Source: a virus (lineage: Duplodnaviria > Caudoviricetes). Taken from it: DNA of 64,000 nucleotides. Under the pieces are notes generated by a model. It worked only from the letters and a program-made list of their open reading frames with translations, had not been told where the DNA came from and made no database searches. The position numbers were made by a program, and so were the translations under genes. The stretch lies in the IMG/VR virus record IMGVR_UViG_3300042268_000564; one strand, given 5' to 3'. Below are positions 10,342-21,539 of this stretch, piece after piece (position 1 is the first letter of the stretch; the number at the start of each line of letters is the position of its first letter).

Positions 10342-10910
10342 TGGCAATTGAACAAATAGACATGTTTGATGATGAATATACTCCCGATGAGTTGCTTTTT
10401 AAAAAGCTTGAAGCAGATATGGAAGCAGGTAAGCGATATTTGGTGACGGCAACAAATGTAAGGCTGTTGGATGAGATTGTATTGCGGAACAAGGTTGTTT
10501 TTTCAGGGAATCTTATACGGCATGGCTGCAAGAATCTTGGGTTCGGCGAAGTGTTTTTGCATGAATATGACTCAAGTGAAAATATGGCAGTTTATAAAGA
10601 GTTTGTTGTTGTGGATATCGCTGACGTAGAGGCTTTAACCGAATTGGCACCTACAGAGCTTGTATTTAATTCCCCTTATAGGGTGCAATTGGTGGAAAAA
10701 GATGAAGCGAATCGAAAGAACTTATGGTTAAGCTGTCGATTTGTTGGGCAAACACTCTCAGGCTGTCTTTTGTTTCTGGACTACAGTGAACATAAAGCCA
10801 TAATAATGTTAAGACAAGATGAGATTAAAAGCATTTTTTCAATGTCTGTTGCCGAGATTGAACCTTTGGACGAGGAAATCTTAGAGAAGGAATTATCAGA
10901 TGAAGCCTGA
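10341..10910 (+). CDS. Hypothetical protein
   Basis: ORF coupled to neighbours. Confidence 0.6.
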   Translation: MAIEQIDMFDDEYTPDELLFKKLEADMEAGKRYLVTATNVRLLDEIVLRNKVVFSGNLIRHGCKNLGFGEVFLHEYDSSENMAVYKEFVVVDIADVEALTELAPTELVFNSPYRVQLVEKDEANRKNLWLSCRFVGQTLSGCLLFLDYSEHKAIIMLRQDEIKSIFSMSVAEIEPLDEEILEKELSDEA

Positions 10911-13900
10911 AGAATTTGTTCATTTACATCTGCATAGCCATTACTCCATGCTCGACGGCATGATTGACCATAAAGGGCTGTGTAAAAGGTTGAAAGAACT
11001 TGGCATGACCTCTGTGGCAATCACCGACCACGGGAACATGTTTGGTTCTGTGTTTTTCTATAAAGCAGCTAAAGAGGCTGGGATTAAGCCCATTATCGGT
11101 CTGGAAGCTTATATTGCTCCAGAAGAGATGACAAACAAATCTACGGTTTCAACAATCAATGGACAGAATATTTGCAAATATTATCACATCCTTTTGCTGG
11201 CAAAGAATGAAGTTGGATACAAAAACCTGATTAAGATGGCATCAGCGTCTTATGTGGATGGTTTTTACTATCGACCAAGAATAGATAAGAACCTTTTGCA
11301 GAAACATCATGAAGGAATTGTATGCACGAGCGCCTGTTTGGCAGGCGAATTGGCAAGGTTATTGACAGCTAATCGTATTGACGATGCTCGTGAGGTAATG
11401 AGGGAATATAAGTCCATCTTCGGCGATGATTATTATTTTGAAATCATGCGTCACGGGATTGATGAGCAGGAAATTGTGATTCAGCGTGGCGTTAAGCTGG
11501 CAAGAGAGTTGGGTGTTCCTATTGTTGCTACGAATGATTGTCATTATCTGACAAAAGATGATGTTGAGCTACATACGATTATCCTTAATGTTCAGAATAA
11601 AACTGGCGAAGCAATTAGGGAGTATGACACTGGCGAGTTTTATGTGAAATCAGGGCAAGAGATGATGGCTTTGTTTAAAGACCTGCCAGATGCTTGCGAG
11701 AACACAAAAAAGATAGCTGACCAATGTAACTTTGATTTTAAATTTGGTGAATTGCACTTTCCAAAAGTTGATTTGCCTGATGGGATGACGGAAGATGATT
11801 ATCTTGCTCATCTTGCATGGCAGGGTTTTGCCAAGCGTTATCCGAATGAATCCAAAGATGGCGAAGTTGGCAAAAGATTGCAGTATGAACTTGATGTTAT
11901 CAAAAAAATGGGCTTTCCCGGATATTTCCTTGTTGTGGAAGATTTTACCGTGTATGCCAAAGATGTCCTTAACATGGAGGTCGGCTGCGCAAGAGGTTCT
12001 GTAGGTGGTTCAGTTGTAGCCTATTGTTTAAGAATAACAGAGCTTGACCCGATTAAATATGATTTGATGTTTGAGCGATTTTTGAATCCTGACCGAATTT
12101 CGATGCCTGATATTGATATGGACTTTCCAGAATCCCGTCGTCTCGAAATCATTGACTATGTAACAGAGAAATATGGTGCTGATTGTGTGTCGCAGATTGT
12201 GACCATTAACTATATGAAGGCTCGTACATCAGTAAGAGATGTCGCTAGAGTTTTGAGAGTGCCAATCCATAAAGCGGATAAAATGGCAAAAAGCATTAAT
12301 CCATTTATGACATTGAAAGAACAAATGGAAATCCGAGATGACGATGAGCAGGCTGTTGCGAATATGAAACAGGAAACAATAGCCGTAATGAATGAAGATG
12401 AAGAAACTAAGAAGGTATGTCGTCTCGCTTGTGGTGTTGAGGGAACGCCTCGCCAGACGGGTGTTCATGCTGCGGGTGTTGTTATAAGTGACCGACCTTT
12501 GTATGAATATTTGCCGTTATCGAGAGAGAAAGAGGCTGTTACTACTCAGTATACAATGGATATGCTTGAGCCATTAGGTTTGCTTAAGATGGATTTCTTG
12601 GGTTTGCGCACAATGGATGTTATACGAAATACTGTAGACCTCGTAGAGAAGAGGCATGGCGTGAGGATTGATGTCCATAATTTGCCAATGGATGATGAGG
12701 TAACTTGCCAAATGCTCTCTGATGGCTTTACAAAGGGGGTATTTCAGTCAGACAGTAGCGGGATTTGTGCTCTTATTAAAGATATTGCTCCAAAGTCTAT
12801 GTTCGATTGTGTGCCAATTGTTGCGCTTTATCGTCCCGGTCCACTTGAGTCAGGAATGGTTGAAACCTATCTGAATTGTCGTCATGGACGAGAAGCAGCG
12901 GTTCCATTTTATCCAACGATAGCTAAGATTACGAAAGATACTTATCATCAGTTCCTGTATCAGGAGCAGATTATGCAGGCATCACAAGTATTGTCAGGTT
13001 TTACGATTGGTGAGGCTGATGAGCTGCGCAAGGCTATTGGAAAAAAGAATGCAGAGAAACTTGCCAAGCTGCGCAAGAAATTTGTTGAAGGTGCGATAAA
13101 ACAGAACCCGAATGACCCTGATGTTGGCAGAATAGCAGACGACCTTTACAGCAAGATTGAGTTTTTTGGACGCTATTGTTTCAATAAGGCTCACTCTGCC
13201 GCATACGGTTTGATTATGTATCAGACAGCATACTTGAAAGCTAACTATCCTGTTGAATATATGTCTTGTTTGCTAACCTCTGTTGTGGGCAAAAAGGAAG
13301 ACCAGTTTATCTCTTATTTGAGAGAGGCAAAGCGCATGGGACTACATGTAATGCCGCCATGCGTGAATAAGAGCGTAGAAGTTTTTGCGGTAGAGTCTGA
13401 CAAGCGAATCCGATTTGGCTTAATGGGTGTCAAAGGATTGTCGTCTGCTGCCTCAGAAATTCTTACCTCCAGACAGGAGGGTGGGGATTTCATGAGTTTT
13501 TATGATTTTCTGGAACGGGTGAAAGTTCATAGTGGCAATTTGAAGGCTCTGATTATGGCTGGTGCATTGGACTGCTTCGGCATTACTCGGAAGACCATGA
13601 TTGATAAAATTGAAAATAAAATCTTGGATAAAGTCGCGAAAGTGCTGAAAGAAAAGGCTCAAGGGCAGATGGATATGTTTGCTGAGGAAGGGGATTCATT
13701 TGTTTATGGTGAATTAGTAAGCACTGGTGAATATCCTGAGAAAGAAATGCTTGCTGAAGAAAAAAGATTGCTTGGTGCTTATCTGGGTAAGCATCCGATA
13801 GATAATTACAAAAAATTTATAGCCAATATTGGTGATTTAAAATCAGTTGTTCAATGCCATGAATCAGACGAAGGTAAAGCGGTAGTCGTCGCAGGTGTTG

Positions 13901-14514
13901 TTGCAGGGCTGAAGACTATCAATACCAAAAAAGGTGATGTGATGGCGTTTCTGGATATTGAAGATAATACTGGCACAATAGAGACAATCGTCTTCCCAAA
14001 GGTCTATGCAAACTATCAGAACAGCTTGTCGTTGGATAATACGGTATTGGTCGAAGGTCATATTCAGCATGATGCTGATGACAGCGATGACGAAGAGAAT
14101 GCTGCGCCAAAAGCCAAGACAGCTAAGTTAATGGTTGTGGGTGCTTTTAATCTGGAAAAGATGCAGAGGGATAAAAAGCGATATTCGCCAAGCCCTGATT
14201 TTATACAAGCAAAAAAGCGAAAGTATTCTGGCTATAAGAAAAAAGTAGAACAACCTGCAATCCAACAACCAAAACAAGAGGTTAAAGTGCCTGTTGGTGT
14301 CAGATTGTATGTAAGGACAGAACAGAGTTTGTTGTTGAGTAAATATGTTAAGCAGTATGCAAAGCCCGGTGCGATGAACCTTGAGCTTTGCGTAGGTGAG
14401 ACAGATAGCGGCGGTGTGGTTATTACATTGCCGAACAGAATTGATTTGCGCAGCCTTGAGCCTTTATTTGCAATAAGTGGGGTTTCTTGTGAGCTGTTGT
14501 ATAGGACTAATTAA
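10900..14514 (+). CDS. dnaE: DNA polymerase III alpha subunit (family C, DnaE type)
   Basis: PHP motifs HLHLHSHYS, AITDHG, ATNDCHY; RGS; FERFLNPDRISMPDIDMD; KMDFLGL; FNKAHSAAY; OB fold near C-terminus; no intein seen. Confidence 0.97.
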   Translation: MKPEEFVHLHLHSHYSMLDGMIDHKGLCKRLKELGMTSVAITDHGNMFGSVFFYKAAKEAGIKPIIGLEAYIAPEEMTNKSTVSTINGQNICKYYHILLLAKNEVGYKNLIKMASASYVDGFYYRPRIDKNLLQKHHEGIVCTSACLAGELARLLTANRIDDAREVMREYKSIFGDDYYFEIMRHGIDEQEIVIQRGVKLARELGVPIVATNDCHYLTKDDVELHTIILNVQNKTGEAIREYDTGEFYVKSGQEMMALFKDLPDACENTKKIADQCNFDFKFGELHFPKVDLPDGMTEDDYLAHLAWQGFAKRYPNESKDGEVGKRLQYELDVIKKMGFPGYFLVVEDFTVYAKDVLNMEVGCARGSVGGSVVAYCLRITELDPIKYDLMFERFLNPDRISMPDIDMDFPESRRLEIIDYVTEKYGADCVSQIVTINYMKARTSVRDVARVLRVPIHKADKMAKSINPFMTLKEQMEIRDDDEQAVANMKQETIAVMNEDEETKKVCRLACGVEGTPRQTGVHAAGVVISDRPLYEYLPLSREKEAVTTQYTMDMLEPLGLLKMDFLGLRTMDVIRNTVDLVEKRHGVRIDVHNLPMDDEVTCQMLSDGFTKGVFQSDSSGICALIKDIAPKSMFDCVPIVALYRPGPLESGMVETYLNCRHGREAAVPFYPTIAKITKDTYHQFLYQEQIMQASQVLSGFTIGEADELRKAIGKKNAEKLAKLRKKFVEGAIKQNPNDPDVGRIADDLYSKIEFFGRYCFNKAHSAAYGLIMYQTAYLKANYPVEYMSCLLTSVVGKKEDQFISYLREAKRMGLHVMPPCVNKSVEVFAVESDKRIRFGLMGVKGLSSAASEILTSRQEGGDFMSFYDFLERVKVHSGNLKALIMAGALDCFGITRKTMIDKIENKILDKVAKVLKEKAQGQMDMFAEEGDSFVYGELVSTGEYPEKEMLAEEKRLLGAYLGKHPIDNYKKFIANIGDLKSVVQCHESDEGKAVVVAGVVAGLKTINTKKGDVMAFLDIEDNTGTIETIVFPKVYANYQNSLSLDNTVLVEGHIQHDADDSDDEENAAPKAKTAKLMVVGAFNLEKMQRDKKRYSPSPDFIQAKKRKYSGYKKKVEQPAIQQPKQEVKVPVGVRLYVRTEQSLLLSKYVKQYAKPGAMNLELCVGETDSGGVVITLPNRIDLRSLEPLFAISGVSCELLYRTN

Positions 14515-16034
14515 TGATAAAGCTGGTGGTTGAACATTCCATTACGAGAGTCGAGGGCGGTTACGTTCCTGTTGATGTAATCAATAAACCTTTGACATAT
14601 ATGGAGAAAAAATATCTCAAAGCAGATACAAGGAAAAAATTTGCCAGTCAGGCAAAAGCAGCGGGAAAGAAGTTTAATCCTAATTCTCACTCAATGCAAG
14701 CACAGACCTTGTTTAATGATTTTGACAATACATTCCCAACCGGGATGTTGCCGAAAGTGATTCAGGCTTTAAATCGTGCAAGATTTCAATTTGAAGTAAT
14801 AGATTTGAGACAGTATGGTGATGAAACGCTTATTTTTGGTCAGAAAACAGGCAAATACGCCAATATAAATCCTTACCCATATCAGGCAGATGCAATAGAT
14901 AATATCTTGCATAAGAAACGTGGATTAATACGCATAGCCTGTGGTGGTGGCAAGACGTTAGTTGCTGGACAGGCAATTAGAGAGCTGAAACGGCAGTCTG
15001 TCTTTTTGGTGAATCGTAAAGGTCTCCTTTATCAAACAAAAGAAGTGTTCGAGGATTTATTAGGTCAAGAAATTGGTCAAGTGGGTGATGGGATAGTTGA
15101 TATTAAAGAAGTGAATGTTGTAATGATTCAATCTTTAATTCGCTTTCTCGGTGGAACCTACGAACGATTTGACGAAGAGGATATAGACGAAGACACTACA
15201 GATGTTGTGGCTAATTCAGGGGCTATCGGTAACATGCTTGCGGAAACACAGGTATTGGTGGTCGACGAGTGTCATTGTATCGGTGCGCAGACAGCTTACG
15301 ATTGTGTAACAGCTTTTAGAAACGCAGGCTGGGTTATAGGTGCTTCCGCCACGCCTGTTCGAGAGGATGGAAAGACAATCTACTTTGAAGCCTGTTTTGG
15401 CGAGAAGTTGGCGGACATTTCTTTTACTTATTTAATAGAAAATGGCTTTCTTGTGCAACCGTATATTTATATGATTCCTCTTTCTGAGAGAATGATAGCG
15501 GAGAGCAAGAAAAATGCGAGATATGACACTATTTATAGACATGGGATAGTGAATAATGAGATGCGCAATCATCTGGCGATTATGGAAGCCAGAATGATGC
15601 ATATGACTGGTCATCATCCTTTGATATTAGTGCAACATGTTAAGCATGGTAACGCAATACAGCAAATGATGCCTGAAGCGTCTTTTTTACACGGATTGCA
15701 CAAGCAAAAAGAAAGAAAACGAGTTTTAAACGAATTTAGTGAAGGCAAAATCAAAACATTGATTGCATCTACAATTTTCGACGAGGCAATAGATATCCCT
15801 GCTTGTGACGGTGCCATCTTGCTTGGCGGCGGCTGCTCTTATGTAAGAACAATTCAACGAATGAGTAGACCAATGCGATTGGATAGAAGTAATCCTAAGA
15901 AGGACAAATGTTTCATTGTTGATTTTTGGGATGTAGATAATATTGTGGATAGACATTCAAAGCTCAGGTATTCAACCTACAAGTCGGAAGCAGCGTTTAA
16001 GATTATTGAGTTGGGTGGCAGGCTTCCGTATTGA
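14514..16034 (+). CDS. Superfamily 2 DExH helicase (UvsW/XPB-like)
   Basis: Q motif YPYQ, Walker A IACGGGKT, DECH, SATP, motif V/VI DEAIDIP, IQRMSR. Confidence 0.9.
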   Translation: MIKLVVEHSITRVEGGYVPVDVINKPLTYMEKKYLKADTRKKFASQAKAAGKKFNPNSHSMQAQTLFNDFDNTFPTGMLPKVIQALNRARFQFEVIDLRQYGDETLIFGQKTGKYANINPYPYQADAIDNILHKKRGLIRIACGGGKTLVAGQAIRELKRQSVFLVNRKGLLYQTKEVFEDLLGQEIGQVGDGIVDIKEVNVVMIQSLIRFLGGTYERFDEEDIDEDTTDVVANSGAIGNMLAETQVLVVDECHCIGAQTAYDCVTAFRNAGWVIGASATPVREDGKTIYFEACFGEKLADISFTYLIENGFLVQPYIYMIPLSERMIAESKKNARYDTIYRHGIVNNEMRNHLAIMEARMMHMTGHHPLILVQHVKHGNAIQQMMPEASFLHGLHKQKERKRVLNEFSEGKIKTLIASTIFDEAIDIPACDGAILLGGGCSYVRTIQRMSRPMRLDRSNPKKDKCFIVDFWDVDNIVDRHSKLRYSTYKSEAAFKIIELGGRLPY

Positions 16035-16059
16035 GTAATATAGAGTTTGGAGTATTAAA

Positions 16060-16431
16060 ATGAAATTTCCCGCAAAAGTTAATAGGAACATGACGATTAG
16101 AATTCCTGCGCATATTGTACAGACAATGGGGCTTCATCCTCATGACCTGATAGATGTGTCGATAGAATTTAATATTGTTGGTGTAATTGCTGAGAGTGAG
16201 AAATTCACAGAATTTTGTAAAAAACGCATGAGTCCTACGCAATTAAATCAATTACATGCCGTATATAAAGAGACAGGTGGTCTCGATAAACATGGCGGTT
16301 TTAAATCATGGTTGGTTAAGGAACTGAACTTGCAGTCGATGGGGTTAAGAGCTTGGACGGATAAAAGTACTGTGGAAGAATTATTTCCGAGTGGCTTTGT
16401 CCCGATTCCGGGTGATGACAGAAATAAATAG
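16060..16431 (+). CDS. AbrB/MazE-type DNA-binding domain protein
   Basis: N-terminal KVNRNMTIRIPAHIVQTMGLHPHDLIDVSIE matches swapped-hairpin pattern. Confidence 0.65.
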   Translation: MKFPAKVNRNMTIRIPAHIVQTMGLHPHDLIDVSIEFNIVGVIAESEKFTEFCKKRMSPTQLNQLHAVYKETGGLDKHGGFKSWLVKELNLQSMGLRAWTDKSTVEELFPSGFVPIPGDDRNK

Positions 16432-16441
16432 GAGATGTAAT

Positions 16442-17260
16442 GTGAAAGAGAAAATTTTTCCAGCTCTAAAAAAGATTCTAAAATTTGCGGCTTTATTGCT
16501 GACGGTTTACGGCTTGTGGCGGCTTGGCATGTATTTATTCCCGGGCACAATCGGCGGCGGGACACAAGAAGCGGGACAGGACGTAGTAAACTTTTGGACT
16601 ACAGCTTATCAGACAATAAAAGATTCTTTTAAAGAAGTAATTAAGCAGTTCTTTTTGAACATCCACCAATCTATCGTATTAGTGTTTGTTGGATGGTTGT
16701 TTGCTGGTGTGAAACGTTTGTGGTCGGGTGTCCGTGAACGAGTATATATTTTGATTGATGTTTACCTCGGCAAAATGGCTCAAGAAAAGCGTGAGAATAT
16801 TAAAAAATACTTGGATACAATCATCATTGCTAATATTGAACTTGTTGAGAGCGCATTTGCCACCATTAGTGGTGGCTCTAATGAGGACATCGAAGAGAAG
16901 CGCAGACGTAATGAGGAAAAGCTTACAGCAGCTTTGACCATGACTCTTTATGACTTGATGAAGAATGAATCCGGTAGAGAGCTTGTTAAAGACTATACAA
17001 AAGAAGAGATTGTAAGAATGCTGATTTGTGAAATCGAAAAGAATATTCTCAAGCAGAAAATTGTTTCTGACAGTCCAGAAGCAAATATTTTCGCCTCGCC
17101 CATTATGGCATGTGCTGCTGGGTCAAGGACTCTTGGTCTCGAAGACAATATTTCAGAAGAGGCTGCTGGTAGATTGCGTAAATTAATCAAAAAGACATCC
17201 GACACTCTTCCAGCCGAGTATCAGGCAGCTATTAAGGAATCGGTTTCGGAGAGCAAGTAA
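16442..17260 (+). CDS. Membrane protein, possible LL-H-type holin
   Basis: GTG after GGAG; two TM segments followed by helical domain with G..EK..A..L....I...IE pattern. Confidence 0.4.
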   Translation: MKEKIFPALKKILKFAALLLTVYGLWRLGMYLFPGTIGGGTQEAGQDVVNFWTTAYQTIKDSFKEVIKQFFLNIHQSIVLVFVGWLFAGVKRLWSGVRERVYILIDVYLGKMAQEKRENIKKYLDTIIIANIELVESAFATISGGSNEDIEEKRRRNEEKLTAALTMTLYDLMKNESGRELVKDYTKEEIVRMLICEIEKNILKQKIVSDSPEANIFASPIMACAAGSRTLGLEDNISEEAAGRLRKLIKKTSDTLPAEYQAAIKESVSESK

Positions 17261-17880
17261 TGGAATTTCCTGTGCGCATGGATATAAGAAGAATTGACAG
17301 TAAGCCTGACATGCTTGAAAAATTGAAAGCAAGCGATTGGATTTGTTGTATGGATTGTGGGCTTCTTATTGAGAAAAAAAGGCAGGGCAAGCCTCAATGG
17401 TCTATTTGCCCTGCCTGCGTGCGGGTTTATTCCGAGGTAAAGCATAAATGGCTTGCGTCTATGCTTGCTAAAAGAGTTATGGAACAGCAAGGATTGTTGG
17501 CTGCAAGAGCAGAGATGTTGCAAAAGAATAATGTTTATTATTGCAAAGATTGCCATAGATTCTATTTGGCAATAAAGGACATAGAGAGCCAACAGATGCA
17601 GTGCAGGTGGTGTTTTGTTTATGAAAAGAAAACAGGCAGTCCTTTAAAGTCTCGCAGAGAAAAGACTTGCATAGTATGCTATGGCGAAACAGGTGGACAG
17701 GCTGTTTGCGATAATTGCTTCTCAAAAATGCGCATAGTTAAGAAAAGTATGGAATATACATATTTCATTACTTGGCTTGGTCGGTATATGAGAGAACCTG
17801 TTTTTGAAGCAGGGAAGATGACCAAAAAGGGGCTTAAACAAGAGAAGATAAATATGCGAGAGAGGATTCCCCGTGAATAA
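17260..17880 (+). CDS. Multi zinc-finger protein
   Basis: Six CxxC pairs. Confidence 0.65.
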   Translation: MEFPVRMDIRRIDSKPDMLEKLKASDWICCMDCGLLIEKKRQGKPQWSICPACVRVYSEVKHKWLASMLAKRVMEQQGLLAARAEMLQKNNVYYCKDCHRFYLAIKDIESQQMQCRWCFVYEKKTGSPLKSRREKTCIVCYGETGGQAVCDNCFSKMRIVKKSMEYTYFITWLGRYMREPVFEAGKMTKKGLKQEKINMRERIPRE

Positions 17881-18478
17881 AGATGAATTATTAGCGAATT
17901 ATTACAAGCTGATGCAGAATAATGAGCTTTCGACTGATGACGTCACTGGTTTGATACGAGGACTTATTTCTTATAACCCTGAGCTTGCGAAACAAGCCAT
18001 AGAGATGACTGATGACCAGCTCAAACAAACTTCAGATTTGTTGGTCGAGGCTAAAAATGAAAAAAGTATCGGCAAAGTGGACAGATGCCTTGAGCTTTTA
18101 TCAAGACGATATTCAATGTTATTGGCACAGATTGGCACTGTCGAAGCCCAATTAGAAATGTGCGAGATATTAAGGGTTGAGTCAGAAAAGTCTGAGTCTC
18201 AAGTAATTATGGGGACAATGCCGCTGATTCTTATAATTGAACTCGTGCATTTTTTGAAAAGCCAAATATGGGCGACTATCACATGGGAAAATAATGAGGC
18301 TTATGAGGATAAGAAAATTAATGAGCGTGCTCGGCTTGTGCGATTAAAGGTTGAGCCGAATAAAATGTGGGATGGCAAGATTAATTTTGTTTTTGCTCAA
18401 GAGGGGTATGTGACAGAACAAGATTTTAATCGTCTTTGTCAAAAATTAAAGTGTTCTTATGTGTATTATAACAACTAA
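17873..18478 (+). CDS. Hypothetical protein
   Basis: ORF in operon. Confidence 0.6.
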   Translation: MNKDELLANYYKLMQNNELSTDDVTGLIRGLISYNPELAKQAIEMTDDQLKQTSDLLVEAKNEKSIGKVDRCLELLSRRYSMLLAQIGTVEAQLEMCEILRVESEKSESQVIMGTMPLILIIELVHFLKSQIWATITWENNEAYEDKKINERARLVRLKVEPNKMWDGKINFVFAQEGYVTEQDFNRLCQKLKCSYVYYNN

Positions 18479-18543
18479 GTGGTTGTTTTTATTATGTATA
18501 AAACTACAGGAGGGCTTTTTAAAGCCGTGAATAGGGGGAACAT

Positions 18544-18867
18544 GTGGAAAGATTAGCGAGAATGTCAATCCCATTGGATATGGCAAATACACCTGACGAT
18601 GTCGGCGATTTTTTGATTAGGGTGATAAGACTCAAGATTGAGGATTTGGAAGGGGAAATCATCGGGCGCAACAAACAGCTTTCTGAATTGCGCATGATGG
18701 GGGAAGTAGACCCTAAGAACGAAACTTTAAGCGGTAGTGTGGCTGCTATTGAGAAAATAATTAAAGCTCGTCTTAAATCTAAAAAGATGTTCCGTGGGGT
18801 TCTTATGAAGTTGCAGCAACATGGGAACAAGTTTTTTAAATTTGAAAATACTGATACTGAAGAATAA
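18544..18867 (+). CDS. Hypothetical coiled-coil protein
   Basis: GTG after AGGGGG. Confidence 0.55.
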   Translation: MERLARMSIPLDMANTPDDVGDFLIRVIRLKIEDLEGEIIGRNKQLSELRMMGEVDPKNETLSGSVAAIEKIIKARLKSKKMFRGVLMKLQQHGNKFFKFENTDTEE

Positions 18868-18890
18868 ACCAGAAGGAGCATTGGCTGAAT

Positions 18891-19385
18891 ATGAATAATT
18901 TGATTGTGTTAGATGGGCGGGTAAGGACTGATGTCAAAATAGGCACAAAACAGGGATTTAATGGCAGCTCCCAAAAAGTGGCCAGATTTTCCATTCCCGA
19001 ATATGCAGGGAAAGATGACGCTGGAAATTACAAGCCAACTAAGGCTTGGTATCAGATTACTGGCTATGGACATATGGCTGACAAAATAGAGAAATATGTA
19101 ACAAAGGGTTCTCATGTTATTGTTACTGGCAAGATAAGGGTTGATGCTTATAATCACAAAACTGACAACAGTGCGGTAGCGAGTGTGAACGTGACCGTAA
19201 CTGATATTCAGGTTGTGGGTGGGTATGACTCTCAATCTCAAGGACAGCCGACTACTTATAATAATCCATCGTTTAATGATGACAATGATACTGCATCTTC
19301 GACTGGCGATACTGGTTATTCTTACAGAGCTACTACTGGCAAGCGACAAGATTCAAATGATTCTGGTGCTGGAGAAAATTGGTAA
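18891..19385 (+). CDS. ssb: Single-stranded DNA-binding protein
   Basis: MNNLIVLDGR...W..I..YG..A......KGS.V.VTGKIR bacterial SSB OB fold plus acidic unstructured tail. Confidence 0.88.
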   Translation: MNNLIVLDGRVRTDVKIGTKQGFNGSSQKVARFSIPEYAGKDDAGNYKPTKAWYQITGYGHMADKIEKYVTKGSHVIVTGKIRVDAYNHKTDNSAVASVNVTVTDIQVVGGYDSQSQGQPTTYNNPSFNDDNDTASSTGDTGYSYRATTGKRQDSNDSGAGENW

Positions 19386-21523
19386 TGGACTACAAGACTA
19401 AGCTAAAATCGTGGAAAACATCGTATGTGTTCTCTAACGGAATGCAGCTTTGGTACCGTCAAACGGACACGCTTACATCAGTTCTTTATGGTATTATTGA
19501 CGCAGGCAGTCGACATGATGGCGACAAGCGAGGGATAGCCCATTTTACAGAGCATTTACTGTTTGATGGGAACTCGTCTATGTCCGGCAGGGCTTTAAAG
19601 GAATTCGCCGCCAATAATGGTCTGGACATTAATGCAGGCACCAGTAAAGAATTTATGACAGTCGAAGTGGGTGACATTTTGCCAGAAAAGTTGCCCGAAG
19701 CTGTCGAGATACTTTATCAGACGATGATTAAAGCTGATTTTAATGGTGAGGACTTTGACAGAGAGAAGCGAGTCGTAATCTCTGAAATTGGCGATGCCGA
19801 AGACCGTGCTCTTAGCAAAGCGATGGAGCAGGTAGCGGGAATGCTTTTGGCAGACAAATATCGTTACCCTGTATTGGGCAATGCAGAATCAGTATCTTCA
19901 ATTACCAAAGAGGATGTAAGAGCTTTTTATGCCAGAACATTCAGACCTGAAAATATGGTTATTTGTTATGCAGGCTCCAAATCTGCTGATGAAGTTGCCA
20001 GAGAGGTTTCGCAAAAACTTAAATGGGAAGACAATGACTTGACATGGTCTCAATCTAATTCCGATATCGAGCTGCAATTCAATCAAATGGATACAGTATT
20101 TGATGGCAACGGTTTCGAGTGGAAAGAAGAGGTGGATAGGCAAGGTCAGCGTCAGGTCGCTGTAGCTTTCGGCTATAAGGGTTTGTCGAGCCACTTAGAC
20201 GAAGATACTATTTCTTTGTCTCTTGCTACCAAGATTTTTGGTGGCGGTGTAATGACAAGTCGAATGTTCCGAAGGCTCAGGGAAGAAAAAGGTCTTTGTT
20301 ATTGGGCTGGTGGCAAAGTTTCAAATTTTATTGATGAGCAGGGACTTATTGCATTACTTGGCACAACAAATAGTGAGAACTATAAAACCTTTATAAGTGA
20401 ATTGCAACAATTGGTGGATGAGGTGAGAACTACTGCACCTTTTACACAGCAAGAATTGGACGCTGCGAAGCTGTGTGAAAAAGCAGGGCTTTTAAAGATA
20501 TTTGACAGTTTTTCCTCTTCTGTCAATTTGTTCATGCACTCATACATAACAGCTAATAAGCTTGCTCTTGCAGATGAGTTGGAAAAGATTGAAAAAACAA
20601 CATTGCAGGACGTGCAGTCTGCTTTTAATAAGTATTTTGCAGAAGCACCTGTTATTGTGGCAGTAGGAAGCCTTAACGAGAATGCCGCAGACGAGCCACA
20701 AGAGAAAGAACAGGAATTAATGAATGCAGACAGACCTACGCCTGCGGGGTCGCACGCCACTACGCCGAATTCTGTAACACCACCATATGCAGCTCCTCCG
20801 ATTAAGGAAGAAAATGAATTACAGCCTTCGATAGTTGACGAGGAAAAGCCTGATGATGAATCTGAGGATATTGATGAGGAAACAGGACTTGAAGATGCAG
20901 AGGTAAATACGATGCCTCTTGAAGAAAGTCAATGTGCTGGCTGTGGCAAACCTTTTTTGCATATAGCTGGGGTTGCAGTTAAGAAATGTCCTGAGTGCAA
21001 GGTTCAGGACGTGGAAGGTGCCGTTAGAAAACCTGTTGAACATGTCAGTCTTTACGGATTGGACGGCAATGAGGTTTTGGGCAAGGCACAACAAGTTGTA
21101 ATACTTGATGATAAGGTAGATTTTTCCAATGCAGATATGTGTGACTCTTTGTTGCTCGAAGGTGCGAAATCAGAGGGTAAAGATTTTGGCTCAAAAGCAA
21201 GTTCGCAGTTAAAACCTGCGAGTGCTCCGCCGCCCGTAACGCCATCTGGCAAAAAAAATGATGGTGCTCCTGAACCGACTGCTGGGGCAGAAAAGGCTGG
21301 TGGCAAGGATAAATATAAGCCTACTGGCATGGGTGGCGGTAGCGCAGAAGCTGACGCTGCTGCCGAGGAAGAGGCCGAAAGAGCTGCGGTTGAAAAACAA
21401 AACGAAATAGAAGCTGAGATGGAAATGGCAGGGGTGGAAGCTACTGGCGGCAGGGGCAGTGCTTGGAATCCTGAAGACCATCCTAGAAATCCAGACAGTG
21501 GAAGGTTCATTGATGCTGAATAA
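19379..21523 (+). CDS. M16 (insulinase/pitrilysin) family zinc peptidase with long C-terminal extension
   Basis: AGS..D...GIAHFTEHLLF, NAGTS, EKRVVISE, SRMFRRLREEKGLCY. Confidence 0.9.
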   Translation: MVMDYKTKLKSWKTSYVFSNGMQLWYRQTDTLTSVLYGIIDAGSRHDGDKRGIAHFTEHLLFDGNSSMSGRALKEFAANNGLDINAGTSKEFMTVEVGDILPEKLPEAVEILYQTMIKADFNGEDFDREKRVVISEIGDAEDRALSKAMEQVAGMLLADKYRYPVLGNAESVSSITKEDVRAFYARTFRPENMVICYAGSKSADEVAREVSQKLKWEDNDLTWSQSNSDIELQFNQMDTVFDGNGFEWKEEVDRQGQRQVAVAFGYKGLSSHLDEDTISLSLATKIFGGGVMTSRMFRRLREEKGLCYWAGGKVSNFIDEQGLIALLGTTNSENYKTFISELQQLVDEVRTTAPFTQQELDAAKLCEKAGLLKIFDSFSSSVNLFMHSYITANKLALADELEKIEKTTLQDVQSAFNKYFAEAPVIVAVGSLNENAADEPQEKEQELMNADRPTPAGSHATTPNSVTPPYAAPPIKEENELQPSIVDEEKPDDESEDIDEETGLEDAEVNTMPLEESQCAGCGKPFLHIAGVAVKKCPECKVQDVEGAVRKPVEHVSLYGLDGNEVLGKAQQVVILDDKVDFSNADMCDSLLLEGAKSEGKDFGSKASSQLKPASAPPPVTPSGKKNDGAPEPTAGAEKAGGKDKYKPTGMGGGSAEADAAAEEEAERAAVEKQNEIEAEMEMAGVEATGGRGSAWNPEDHPRNPDSGRFIDAE

Positions 21524-21539
21524 AGGAGATGCGAGTTTT

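Noticed and set aside
10900-14514. Intein or intron in dnaE
   Set aside because: Length and motif spacing are normal; no Cys/HN splice junctions or LAGLIDADG motifs seen.
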